Assembly (NCBI GenBank): GCA_963736735.1
Contig: CAVTPX010000004.1
Location: 51,941-115,940 of the forward strand
DNA length: 64,000 bases
Direction: 5' to 3'
Source: an uncultured Bacteroidales bacterium
GTDB lineage: Bacteria; Bacteroidota; Bacteroidia; Bacteroidales; VadinHA17
How positions within the stretch are numbered: the first letter of the stretch is position 1; each line of letters starts with the position of its first letter. The notes beneath the pieces are model-generated. The model was not told the origin of the DNA. It did not search any database and saw only the letters and a list, made by a program, of their open reading frames with translations. The position numbers and the translations under genes are program-made. Positions 1-9,549 of this stretch are shown here, piece by piece.

Positions 1-490
1 TTGCGGTTACCCCGGCAATGAACAGCATCGCGGTAATGAATGCCGAGATATAAAGGAAAAGTTTCTTCCCGCTGTGTGTCTCTTTCCAGAGAACCGTCAG
101 TGCTGACGGCATGAAAACGAAAGCCAGCGTAAAGCCCCCGAGAGATAACATAAGACCAGCACCGGCCAGGTGATTGATCTTGAACATTGCAGCGAAAGCA
201 AGCAATACCGTGCCCACTATCGCTGAGAATTTCATTGTTTTTTTCATTTGTCTGTATTTTGTGTCAACAGCATAAAGCGTTTCCTCCTGAATCACCTTAA
301 TCCTGCGGCTGCCCATCCTTTCCTTAACCCGCAAATAGGCTTCATGAAAGCTAAGCCCGTATTGCATTTCATTCTCCACATCACAACATACATGATCTAT
401 CAGCTCATCAAGAAGGTGCGATACAGTGATCTCCTGCTTCCTGATATCATTGCTGATCCGGTCAATGTCATGGAGACTCAGTTCAGGCAT
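1..490 (-). CDS. PadR-associated membrane protein with GldL-like hydrophobic segment; 3' end outside the window
   Basis: Translated by hand from ATG at 490: MPELSLHDIDRISNDIRKQEITVSHLLDELIDHVCCDVENEM...FAAMFKINHLAGAGLML. Open to the window edge, several hydrophobic stretches, overlaps the PadR stop by 8 nt. Not in the ORF track. Confidence 0.7.
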   Translation of the reverse strand, partial: MPELSLHDIDRISNDIRKQEITVSHLLDELIDHVCCDVENEMQYGLSFHEAYLRVKERMGSRRIKVIQEETLYAVDTKYRQMKKTMKFSAIVGTVLLAFAAMFKINHLAGAGLMLSLGGFTLAFVFMPSALTVLWKETHSGKKLFLYISAFITAMLFIAGVTA

Positions 491-827
491 GGCTCAGACC
501 GGGTTGTGGATCAACAATTTTCTGAAGAGACTCAATGAACTCTTTCATCTCTTTTAACCTCTCTGCCACAACGGAGTGACCTTCCTCCGTCAGGCTGTAA
601 TAAATGCGGATACGGTTATTGAAATTCTCCGATTCAGTTACAAGTACTCCTTCTTTCTCCAGCTTATGAAGCACGGGGTAAAGTGCTCCGTATGTAAGCT
701 TAATTTTGCCGGTAGTGAGATCCTCAACTTTTCGGGTTATCTCATAACCGTACATGCGGCCATTCTCCTTCAGTAGTTTAAGTACAATTGTCTTAAGTGA
801 ACCCTTTATAAGATCTGATGCTATCAT
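483..827 (-). CDS. PadR family transcriptional regulator
   Basis: LKLLKENGRMYGYEI...GALYPVLHKLEKEG...RIYYSLTEEG, a typical PadR wHTH. Confidence 0.93.
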   Translation of the reverse strand: MIASDLIKGSLKTIVLKLLKENGRMYGYEITRKVEDLTTGKIKLTYGALYPVLHKLEKEGVLVTESENFNNRIRIYYSLTEEGHSVVAERLKEMKEFIESLQKIVDPQPGLSHA

Positions 828-1055
828 CTTGTATATATAATGAACTTATATATTACAAATATAGAATATTAATGATTTCAAATACAAATATTTTCAGGAA
901 ATATTTTTAGGGGGTTGCAGGAAAAGATATCTGCTCCTGCAGGCAACGAAGAGTTAGCCGGAAGAAATTCAGTACTTTCCGCCTGGATCACAGGGAGTTC
1001 CGGCAGTGATATGATGACGGAAAGGTGATCTGTTATACCTTAAGAATCAGCGATT

Positions 1056-2267
1056 TTAAGGCTTGAATCTCCTTTTAAATCCGCCGCGTTCATTTCTGGG
1101 TGAGGAGGGATGGTGTATCGGGCCGGGGTCGTGCTGCTGTGCAATGAATTCAGGCAGCGGGGCCTTGTAGACCTCGTAGCCGATGAGTTTTTCAACGCGC
1201 TGCATCTTGGGTATATCGAACCTGTTGACGAGGGTGATTGCCACACCTGTGGTATCAGCTCTGGCGGTACGGCCTACACGATGCACATAGTCTTCGGCAT
1301 CGGACGGGGCGTCAAAATTAATCACCAGGTTGATATCCTTTATGTCGATGCCGCGGCTGAGAACGTCTGTTGCCACCAGCACACGGGTCTTGCGTGACCG
1401 GAAGCGCAGCAGCATCGCTTCGCGCTCCTTCTGTTCAAGATCGGATGAAATGCCTTCGACCAGGTAGTTTTTCGACCTGAGACCACGAACAATCTCGCTC
1501 ACCTTCTTCTTCGTGGAGCTGAATATCAGGATGCTGCCGTATTCAGGATGATCGGCAATGAGGCTGTTGATCAGGGGCAGCTTCTGATGGTCGCCAAGCA
1601 TGTAGGCAGCCTGCACGACACCTTCGGCAGGTTTAGACATTTCAAGGGCTATTTCAACCGGTTTTTTCATTATATGCTTTGACAGTGCCCTAATGTTCTG
1701 CGGCATTGTTGCGCTGAACATAAGTGTCTGACGCTCTTTCGGGACGTAGGAGATTATACGCATTATATCGTCATGAAAACCGATATCAAGCATGCGGTCA
1801 GCCTCATCAAGGACCAGCACCTCTATTTTGTCAAATTTAACATAGCCAAGGTTAAGATGCGAGATGAGTCTTCCCGGGGTGGCCACTATAATATCAGCTC
1901 CCTTCGAGAGGGCTTCCCTCTCCTGGTCCCAGGCCCTGCCTTCGCCTCCGCCGTAGACGGCCAGTGACGTTATGTTAAGTGTGTATGCCAGCCCCTGTAT
2001 CTGCTGATCTATCTGTATGGCCAGTTCGCGGGTAGGGACAAGTATCAGGGTGTGAGTATGGCTGGGCCGGAAGTCGATGATGTCATTCATGATGGGCAGG
2101 AGGTAGGCCGCCGTTTTTCCGGTGCCGGTCTGCGCGCATGCTATGAGATCGTCACCGTCCATTATTACCGGAATGGCTTTTTCCTGTATAGGGGTGGTTT
2201 CCCTGAATCCCATGTATTCAATTGATTCCAGTAGTTCGGGACCCAGGTCCAGTTCGTCAAATATCAT
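1056..2267 (-). CDS. DEAD-box RNA helicase (RhlE-like)
   Basis: Q motif, AQTGTGKT, PTRELA, TPGR, DEAD, SAT, HRVGRTAR. Confidence 0.96.
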   Translation of the reverse strand: MIFDELDLGPELLESIEYMGFRETTPIQEKAIPVIMDGDDLIACAQTGTGKTAAYLLPIMNDIIDFRPSHTHTLILVPTRELAIQIDQQIQGLAYTLNITSLAVYGGGEGRAWDQEREALSKGADIIVATPGRLISHLNLGYVKFDKIEVLVLDEADRMLDIGFHDDIMRIISYVPKERQTLMFSATMPQNIRALSKHIMKKPVEIALEMSKPAEGVVQAAYMLGDHQKLPLINSLIADHPEYGSILIFSSTKKKVSEIVRGLRSKNYLVEGISSDLEQKEREAMLLRFRSRKTRVLVATDVLSRGIDIKDINLVINFDAPSDAEDYVHRVGRTARADTTGVAITLVNRFDIPKMQRVEKLIGYEVYKAPLPEFIAQQHDPGPIHHPSSPRNERGGFKRRFKP

Positions 2268-2304
2268 TTAATTCCTGTGAATTTCGTAATAGTAGAATAA
2301 GTCG

Positions 2305-2312
2305 CAAAGTTA
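2305..2312 (-). promoter_or_regulatory. Bacteroidota primary-sigma -7 box (TAACTTTG)
   Basis: Matches TAnnTTTG ~40 nt upstream of the helicase start. Similar boxes at 856-863, 4342-4349 and 15849-15856 (all minus strand) and 54782-54789 (plus strand). Confidence 0.6.
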
Positions 2313-2340
2313 GGGCAAAAATCGGCATCAGGCAATTGAA

Positions 2341-3274
2341 TTATCTTTTTGGCAGGAAGCTTTTACATGATTCCTGAATACCGGCGAGCCAGGGGGTGGC
2401 AGTGATGCCAAAGCGGGAGGTGAACTTCGAGGAGTCGAAGAAATAGTCCCGGTCATACTGGTACATCATCTCCGGCATCTCCCTCATCACCGGAATGAAA
2501 AGTCCGAACAGGCGGATCATCAGCGGTGACACAACTGTTATTTTCGGTTTGACATTCAGCTCTCTGGCACACATCTTAATGAATTCTGAACCTGTCAGCC
2601 TGCTGCTTTCTGTGGGGAGGTGCCATACCTGTCCGTATGCATCGGGCGTATTTCCAAGCAGGGCTGTGGCTGCAGCGGCATCAGGGGTATATGTAAATGA
2701 GTGAACGAAGTTTTTATTCATGAACCACATCGCTCTCTTACCGGCAGCAAGGTTTTTCAGGACCATCTCGTTCACGAAGCTGTTTTTACTGTCAGGCCCG
2801 TAGAAGTCTGCTGAGCGGGCAATCAGGGCTGTGACCTTTCCCTTCCTTTCTGCGGTGAGAAGCATCTCAGAAATACGTTTCCTGACGTGACCTTTGCGGC
2901 TGGCAGGTGACACGGCGCTCTCCTCAGTCATGTGCGGGACAGCATTTTTATCGTACATATAGACGTTGTCGAAGAAGACAAGCTTCGGCATTGTGTTTTA
3001 TGCATGCATCTATTGTCTCCCGCATAAGCAGGGGCCACTGCTGCTCCCATACTTTAAGCTTGTATTCCAGTCCCACAGTAAGGTAGACCACATCTGATCC
3101 CTCCACTGCTTTGTCAACTGCTCCCGGCTTCAGCAGGTCGAGGGGATACAGTTCATCTGATTGGTTAATACGGCGGGGATTTCGGCTTACAAGCCGTACT
3201 TTGTCGGTGTACTTCGATAGTTCTTTCGCCAGTATCCTGCCTATCGTTCCGTTGGCACCAAGGATCGTTTGCAT
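2341..3274 (-). CDS. NAD-dependent epimerase/dehydratase (SDR) family; one apparent +1 frameshift near 2987
   Basis: ILGANGTIG Rossmann motif in 2948-3274. Removing one base gives ...KHNAKLVFFDNVYMY... continuing into 2341-2991. Confidence 0.85.
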
Positions 3275-3394
3275 CGCTCTGTCGGTTTAAGTTGCTCAAT
3301 ATTATGTAATAACAATCTGAAAGAGGGAAAGTTGACCGGGAAAGGAGTGGGGAGCATGGAGCAAGAAGAATGAAAGAACGCTTTCAGTAATGGA

Positions 3395-4295
3395 TCACTC
3401 TTCGCTGATATCAATATAGATGTATTTCGCATGGGGATAATGGCGGAGGATGTCATACCTGATCTGTTCCGTCATGCTTTCAATTTCTGAGCCTCGTTCA
3501 GAATCCACGATGTCGACGGAAATCAACAGAATAAAATCGTTTCTTCCGATGTACATTGAACGGATATTGTTTATGTGCCTGACAGTCCTGTGCTTCAGGA
3601 CAAGTGACCTTACAGTGTTTTTAATTTCGCGGGGTATGCTCTCACCGATCATCAGATTCCTGAGTTCATTAGACAGGAAGTATGACATTGTGATGAGGAG
3701 GCAGCCCACCATGAATGTTCCGATAACATCGAATATCGGATTTATCAATGAAAGAAGGCTGGATATCAAGTACGATAGTTAATCCCGTCAATGCTGAAAA
3801 ATCTTCGACGAGAATCACGAATATATTTGTGTCGGTGGAGTCTTTGAGCGATTTCAGAAGTCTCAGTTTTGATGTCTTACGGAATTCGGTAAGTGCTACA
3901 GAAAACGATTTAGCCTCGATAAGCAGGGAAGCAACAAGTACTATGAAAATGTAAATATAATTGTCGATCGGCTCAGGGTTATGCAGCTTGTGTATCCCCT
4001 CATATATCGAAAAGCAGCCTCCCAGGAAGAAAAGGAGAACAGCGACAAGGAACCCCCAGAAATATTCTTCCTTGCCGTATCCGAGTGAATGGATCTCATC
4101 AGCGGCTTTTCCTGACCGTTTTCTGCCTATCAGGAGGAATACCTGGTTGGTGGTGTCGGCCAGCGAGTGAATAGCCTCTGCCAGCATTGCCGAGCTGCCT
4201 GAGATGATTGATACAATATATTTGATAACTGCAATGGTGAAGTTCCCCACCAGAGCATATAATATGGCACGCAGTGAATTACCTTCGTGTTTCAT
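3395..4295 (-). CDS. Cation diffusion facilitator family transporter; +1 frameshift near 3768
   Basis: SSAMLAEAIHSLADTTNQ and HSLGYGKEEYFW motifs. The C-terminal dimerisation domain lies in the second frame (3395-3769). Confidence 0.88.
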
Positions 4296-4368
4296 TGATT
4301 GACGTTTCTGCAAACAATTTTCGGGAGTGCAATTGAGATACCAAATTTAGACAAATGTATTAAAATAA

Positions 4369-4406
4369 AGTGCCCCGCATTTACCGTTTGGCTTATGCGG
4401 GGCACT
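4369..4406 (-). terminator. Intrinsic terminator
   Basis: AGTGCCCCGCAT...ATGCGGGGCACT 12-bp stem followed by a T-rich tract on the minus strand, just after the stop at 4437. Confidence 0.75.
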
Positions 4407-4436
4407 GAGGATATAATTGTGTCAAAAATCTACATC

Positions 4437-5888
4437 TTATCTCCTGCGCGATGAGCTGCCTGATGATGATTCCTTCGAGCTGCTACTGCTGCTCTTGGTG
4501 CTGACGTTGCCGCTGCTGCTACGGCCGCTGTTGCTGCTCCGGCTGACAGATCCGCTGCTGCGGCTGTTCCCGCTGCTGCTCCGGCTTACAGATCCACTGC
4601 TGCTGCTTTTGGGACTGGAGGTCCTGGCTGCGGGGGCTGACTGCCTTGAGGGAGCTGAAGACTGTGTCCTTGTTGCCGGTGCAGACTGCCTGGTTGAAGC
4701 TGATGTCTGTGTCCTGGTTGCAGGTGCTGACTTGCTTACAGATCCTTCGGGAGCCCTTCTCTGGGTTGCCGACGTCTGGGTCTGGGTTCTCTGTGCAGGG
4801 GCGGAACCTGTATTGGTCCTGCTGCTGACAGTCGAACCTGACCTTGATGAACTCTGTGTTCTCTGTCCTGCTGCAGGGGCGGTGGTGCTTCTGCTCGTTG
4901 CTGCAGTGCCTGACGACCTGCGTTCTGTGCCGTTACTCTGTGATGCTGAAGACTGGCCTCTTGAGGTTGGTGCTGAGGTTGAGGCTGATCTCCTGCCGTC
5001 AGTGCTTACCGAGGCAGTGCCTCTTGGGTTGGCGCTGCGGCTCTCCTGGACTCTGGCGCCCATTGCTGCACCTTCTCTTCTCTGATCGGGACGCGAGTAG
5101 GTCGACTTATAGTTGCCTTCCCTGATATTAGTGCTGACGTAGCGCGAGTGTGACCTGATACCGCCGTAGTAGAAGTCGTTGTAGCGGTTGTACCTGTAGT
5201 GGTCGCAGTAGCGGTAGTGTCTGTAATAGGTGGGGTACCAGTGTGAATGATATCCGTAGTAGTAGTCCCAGTAGTAAGGCCTCCAGGGGTTCCAGTATGC
5301 AGGGTAGTATCCCCAGTACCAGTTCGAGCGCCATACAACGTAGGTGGGTCTGTAGATGAATCTTATAAGCGGCCATGCGCCAACTTCTACGTATGTGGTG
5401 GTTACCACTGTATTGTTAGCCCTGTACTTAACGTTGCCATTGTATCCGGGATTGGGTGTCTCGGCGTAGTTAGGCTCGATGATGTAATTCTTTCCGTACA
5501 GGTCCGGATCACCTATTAACTGTATCTGCACCTCGCCGTTACGGAGCTGCTCGACAGTAAAGACTGCCAGGTCCTGGTTTTCATTCCTGTTGAGGGCGGT
5601 GCGCATCACTATAGTATGTACGTTACCGTCAACGTAATCCTGGACCATGATGTAGTCGATAAGATTATCGTTGTTAAGGTCGAGGTTATTGATCCTGGAA
5701 TTTTCATCATTCAGGGTTTTTTCGAAACCTTCGAGTGTTTCAGATTCCTGGAACAGGTTCATCACGGCGTAAAGGTTGAGGTTGTCTCCCGGCAGTCCAA
5801 GGTACTCTGCAGGGTAGTCCTGTGCTCTGGCTGTGCTTCCTGCTGCTACCAGCAGTGCGAGGATTGATGTGATGATTAACTTTTTCAT
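4437..5888 (-). CDS. Secreted hypothetical protein with a Tyr/Trp/Pro-rich middle and a Ser/Arg/Thr-rich disordered tail
   Basis: Signal peptide MKKLIITSILALLVAAGSTARA-Q; EF-hand-like DLNNDNLIDY; WYWGYYPAYWNPWRPYYW region; low-complexity C-terminus. Confidence 0.75.
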   Translation of the reverse strand: MKKLIITSILALLVAAGSTARAQDYPAEYLGLPGDNLNLYAVMNLFQESETLEGFEKTLNDENSRINNLDLNNDNLIDYIMVQDYVDGNVHTIVMRTALNRNENQDLAVFTVEQLRNGEVQIQLIGDPDLYGKNYIIEPNYAETPNPGYNGNVKYRANNTVVTTTYVEVGAWPLIRFIYRPTYVVWRSNWYWGYYPAYWNPWRPYYWDYYYGYHSHWYPTYYRHYRYCDHYRYNRYNDFYYGGIRSHSRYVSTNIREGNYKSTYSRPDQRREGAAMGARVQESRSANPRGTASVSTDGRRSASTSAPTSRGQSSASQSNGTERRSSGTAATSRSTTAPAAGQRTQSSSRSGSTVSSRTNTGSAPAQRTQTQTSATQRRAPEGSVSKSAPATRTQTSASTRQSAPATRTQSSAPSRQSAPAARTSSPKSSSSGSVSRSSSGNSRSSGSVSRSSNSGRSSSGNVSTKSSSSSSKESSSGSSSRRR

Positions 5889-5930
5889 GACTTTAAGTTT
5901 TAGAAGAACTGTCTCTTCGTTCAAATTAAA

Positions 5931-5945
5931 TCAAACAGTGTGCCA
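5931..5945 (-). promoter_or_regulatory. Candidate sigma54 -24/-12 promoter (TGGCACACTGTTTGA)
   Basis: TGGCAC-N5-TTGA (GG-N10-GA), ~43 nt upstream of ATG 5888. Confidence 0.6.
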
Positions 5946-6081
5946 AAAAATCTGGCATTTTTGTAAATAGCTGACAGATAGCGAAATATAGATATGAACA
6001 TCAGGAATTGCCCCGGTTGGTTATTACGGAGGGTTGCCCTGCGGCAGGGGAGAGAACAAGTAAAAGGTAATAGTGACTGTG

Positions 6082-7026
6082 TCAGATGCGGACAATTATC
6101 TTGCCCCTCGGGTTTCCGTGTTCTGCCATTTGGAAGGCCTCAGCTGCCCTGTCAAGTGTGAAATAGTTTTCAATTACCGGAACCAGCTTCTGCTCACTGA
6201 AGAGCTGTTCCATTTCTTCCTGATCTTCGGGAAGGGCCCGGAGGTTTGACGAGGTCAGTTTCCTTCCGTACAGAAGCTGAGCCCAGGCCGATGTCACAAA
6301 GAGGAGTGGCTTAACCATTGTGGTGGCATAGATCCCGTTCCGTTTTAACAGCTTCATTATATATTTAAAATGCATTTTCCCGGCGGCATCGAAGATGGCA
6401 TCGAAGGTTTTATCACACTGTGCAAGTTCTTCTTCAGTGTATCCCATTGTCTCATCAGCGCCGAGTTTTATTGCCAGTCCGGCATTTGCCGGGTTGCATG
6501 TAGCGGTAACGACAGCGCCCTTTGCCTTTGCTATCTGTATTGCAAAATGACCCACTCCACCGGTGCCACCGTTGATAAGCACTCTTGTGCCTGAACTGAC
6601 TGCGCATCTCCTGAGACCGTTAAGGGCAGTCAGAGCTGCTATGGGAAGTGATGCTGCCTCTTCAAATGACATATCAGCTGGTATTTTACGGGCATTTTTT
6701 ACATCTACAGCCAGCAACTGCGCCAGTGCACCTGCACTTTTGAATATCACCGGTGTGACGCCATAGACCCTGTCGCCGGGTTTGAACCCTCTGACGTCGC
6801 TGCCAGCCTCCCTGACTCTTCCTGAGAAGTCTGAACCGAATATCCTGGGGAACTTTGCGCCGGGTATGAATTTAAGATCGCCACGTTTAATTTTGAAGTC
6901 GACAGGATTGATTGAGACTGCCCTGACTTCGACAAGCAGTTGTCCGGCGCCACAGACAGGATCAGGATAATCACCGTATTGAGATGCCTCTGCCCCGCCG
7001 AATGATGTCGAATAGTATGCTTTCAT
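6082..7026 (-). CDS. NAD(P)-dependent MDR-family oxidoreductase (alcohol dehydrogenase/quinone oxidoreductase-like)
   Basis: SINPVDFK, GSDFSG, LINGGTGGVGHFAIQIAK, C-terminal GKIIV. Confidence 0.9.
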   Translation of the reverse strand: MKAYYSTSFGGAEASQYGDYPDPVCGAGQLLVEVRAVSINPVDFKIKRGDLKFIPGAKFPRIFGSDFSGRVREAGSDVRGFKPGDRVYGVTPVIFKSAGALAQLLAVDVKNARKIPADMSFEEAASLPIAALTALNGLRRCAVSSGTRVLINGGTGGVGHFAIQIAKAKGAVVTATCNPANAGLAIKLGADETMGYTEEELAQCDKTFDAIFDAAGKMHFKYIMKLLKRNGIYATTMVKPLLFVTSAWAQLLYGRKLTSSNLRALPEDQEEMEQLFSEQKLVPVIENYFTLDRAAEAFQMAEHGNPRGKIIVRI

Positions 7027-7080
7027 GTAATTGTTTTTTGTGTAACATTAACTTAAACAATGTAAAGGGGCTTATTGTTG

Positions 7081-7365
7081 CGGGGAGCAGGGAGCAAGGG
7101 GCATGGAGCATGGGGCATGGAGCATGGAGCATGGAGCCGAACGTAAGAAAAATGCCCTGTGGGCATTTTTAGAGAGGGGACAGACAGTGGGGAGTCTGAG
7201 GGAGATGGCAACTCCGAAGGAGTGGCATTATGATAGCATGGAGCATGGAGCAGGGAGCATGGAGCATGGAGCATGGAGCATGGGGCAGGGAGCAGCATGA
7301 AGCAGGGCAACTCCGAAGGAGTGACATTATGATAGCATGAAGCAGGGAGCAAGGAGCAAGGAGCT
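7081..7365 (+). repeat. Composite intergenic repeat: GGAGCAT heptamer runs, element B (7138-7193) and two copies of hairpin element A (7209-7237, 7308-7336)
   Basis: Element A = AACTCC-GAA-GGAGTGACATTATGATAG; element B contains AAAAATGCCC-TGT-GGGCATTTTT; both recur at about 44.5, 52.5 and 54.6 kb, and A also at 8.1 kb. Confidence 0.9.
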
Positions 7366-7405
7366 GTGGGGAGAAAGAATTATCTTTATACAACCAAAAA
7401 CAAGT

Positions 7406-8011
7406 ATGATGAGATTCTCTCTGAAAGGTTATCTATACCAGGTAACTGTTGATCCATTGATTGCACGGCTCCATACGAGTGTGCTGCCCCTTATTGAACC
7501 ATCGCACAGAGTTCTGGATGTGGCTTGCGGAACAGGATCCCTGTCGCTTTCGATTGCAAAGCGGGCAAAACACGTTACGGGTATAGACCTCGCGGAAGAT
7601 ATGATAATTACCGCACAGAGGGCTGCACGTAAGACCGGGACTGAGAACACGCTTTTCGAGTTACGTGATGCTTCGGACCTTTCGTGCTACAGTGACAACG
7701 AGTTTGACGTGTCTGTCACAACCATGGCTGTACACCAGTTTGACGCTGACCTGGCGGTTAAGATACTGAGGGAGATGAAGAGGATCTCAGGAACGGTTGT
7801 AATCGTCGACTATAACTCTCTGATGCCGAAAGGACTGTCAGGTTCGGCTGCACGGAGCATCGAACGTCTTGCAGGCGGGGAGCATTACAGGAATTTCAGA
7901 ACCTTTATGGAAAAAGGGGGAATCAGCTATTTCGCATCAGAAGCAGGTCTGACGATGAAATCAGAAACTGAAAGGGGCGGGGGAGTGTTTTCAGTTGCAG
8001 TCTGCGGGTAG
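7406..8011 (+). CDS. Class I SAM-dependent methyltransferase
   Basis: VLDVACGTG motif I and VTGIDL. The upstream ORF extension runs through repeat DNA, so ATG 7406 is preferred. Confidence 0.9.
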   Translation: MMRFSLKGYLYQVTVDPLIARLHTSVLPLIEPSHRVLDVACGTGSLSLSIAKRAKHVTGIDLAEDMIITAQRAARKTGTENTLFELRDASDLSCYSDNEFDVSVTTMAVHQFDADLAVKILREMKRISGTVVIVDYNSLMPKGLSGSAARSIERLAGGEHYRNFRTFMEKGGISYFASEAGLTMKSETERGGGVFSVAVCG

Positions 8012-8193
8012 TGAGCAAGGAGCATGGAGCATGGGGCAAGGGGCATGGAGCACGGAGCATGGAGCACGGAGCAAGGGGCATGGAGCATGTAGCGCGGAGC
8101 GGGGCAACTCCGTAGGAGTGACATTATTATAGCCAGAAGCCAGACAGGGATAGGGCAAGCCTCCGAAGGAGTGACATTATTATAGCAGGGAGC
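8012..8193 (+). repeat. GGAGCAT/GGAGCAC heptamer run plus two element A copies (8105-8133 with GTA loop; ~8160-8186)
   Basis: caactccgtaggagtgacattattatagc and ctccgaaggagtgacattattatagc. Confidence 0.88.
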
Positions 8194-8210
8194 CCTGAAA
8201 GGACCCGGAG

Positions 8211-8498
8211 TCAGTTAGCCCGGAGACGCGAGACCCTGGTGAGAAGTGACTTCTGATGTTCTTCCTCTGTCGAATTGGGATCCTTCATCTCCCGGAACAT
8301 CTTGCAGGGCAGCTCGTCACACTCGCCACAGTCCTTATATTTCCTTGTATTAACCGAGCAGTCGTACAGGGGACATACTTTGGTTGGCATCATCTCTTTG
8401 GCCCAGAAAGTTGAGCCTTTTACATTCCTGCAACCTGTGCAGGTTTTGTTGTAAAATTCACATTCGTCGCAGACTAATCCGCAGGTTGAGAGGATCAT
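8211..8498 (-). CDS. DUF3795-like cysteine-rich protein
   Basis: CGLVCDEC...CTGC...CPLYDC...CGECDELPC pattern. Confidence 0.8.
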   Translation of the reverse strand: MILSTCGLVCDECEFYNKTCTGCRNVKGSTFWAKEMMPTKVCPLYDCSVNTRKYKDCGECDELPCKMFREMKDPNSTEEEHQKSLLTRVSRLRAN

Positions 8499-8546
8499 GG
8501 TTTTAAAGGTTTATAGGTTTATTGGGTTTATAAGTTTATAGGTTTA
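8499..8546 (+). repeat. Degenerate 8-mer tandem repeat (GGTTTATA)
   Basis: ggttttaaaggtttataggtttattgggtttataagtttataggttta; reverse-complement copy at 54721-54752. Confidence 0.7.
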
Positions 8547-8556
8547 GCAAGAAGGG

Positions 8557-9530
8557 TTATCTGGCGGACAGGGGGGCGGCAGGAACACCTGTAGTGGTGA
8601 TGACTACGGGTTTGATTTTTCCGTTTTCGTCAAATTCCATCCTGTCAATGCAAACGACCCTGGCATTCCGGTCGGTCTCCTCCGGGGGACGCCTGTGGTA
8701 AACAATGTACCACTCATCCGTGTCCGGCCGGCGGATCACAGAATGATGCCCTGCACCGGTCCCGATTGCCAGGATCCTGCTGAAGAATCCTGCCAACTCT
8801 CTCAAAGGGGCCGAAGGGCGAATCTGAAATGGCATAGGCAACGCAATAGTCAGGGCCGGTCCATCCGCCTTCAGACCACATAAAGTAGTACCTGCCATCA
8901 CGCATGAACATGAACGGACCCTCGACATAGCCCTCAGGGGTGATCTCGCGGAATAGTGAACCGTCGGGCAGGGAGTCAAGGCCTGAAAAATCATCATTTA
9001 GCTTCGCGATGTTGCAGTGCCGCCATCCTCCGTAGATGAGCCAGTACTCTCCGTCGGCGTCCCTGAAAGCAAACTGGTCTATTGGCTGTGCGCCGTTATG
9101 GAACCTGTCTATCAGTGGCCTGCCGATATGATCACGATAGGGACCTTCAGGTCTGTCGGCCACCGCCACGCCAATGCCCCCGGTCTCATCATCTGACTGT
9201 ATGTCATTTGCCCCGAAGAATAAAAAATACTTACCGTTCTTTTCAGTTACCGAGGGGGCCCACATCGCCTTATGCGCCCACTTTACCGAGGAAGTGTCAA
9301 TTATCCTGTCATGCTTTTCCCATGTAACCAGGTCATTTGAGGAAAAGGCATCGAGAAAAACCTGCTTCTCATAGGGTGCAGAGTAAGTAGGAAAGATCCA
9401 GTACCTGTCGCCGTAAACAATGCCCTCGGGATCGGCGTACCATCCCCCGAAAACAGGATTACCGGAGAGACTGAACTTCATTCCGGCATCCGGCCAATAG
9501 AAGCAAAAATAAAAAGAGAATAAATTTCAT
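8557..9530 (-). CDS. Glycoside hydrolase family 43 lipoprotein; apparent +1 frameshifts near 9470 and 8772
   Basis: Lipoprotein signal MKFILFLFLLLLAG-C from ATG 9530; GH43 motifs YADP, WAPSV, IDQF, EGPFM; C-terminal GHHS...YIVYHR in the third segment. Confidence 0.85.
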
Positions 9531-9549
9531 ACTTCAGTTTTTAAGGAAA

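Noticed and set aside
4417-5085. 222-aa Leu-rich plus-strand ORF
   Set aside because: It is the antisense shadow of the Ser/Arg-rich tail of 4437-5888.
6984-7393. Short ORFs with MEHGAWS/PCSMLHA repeats (also 7927-8124, 52554-52754, 54460-54669)
   Set aside because: They are translations of the GGAGCAT heptamers and hairpin repeats, not credible proteins.
7081-8193. Integron attC cassette array
   Set aside because: There is no integron integrase in the window and the repeats lack RYYYAAC...GTTRRRY ends.
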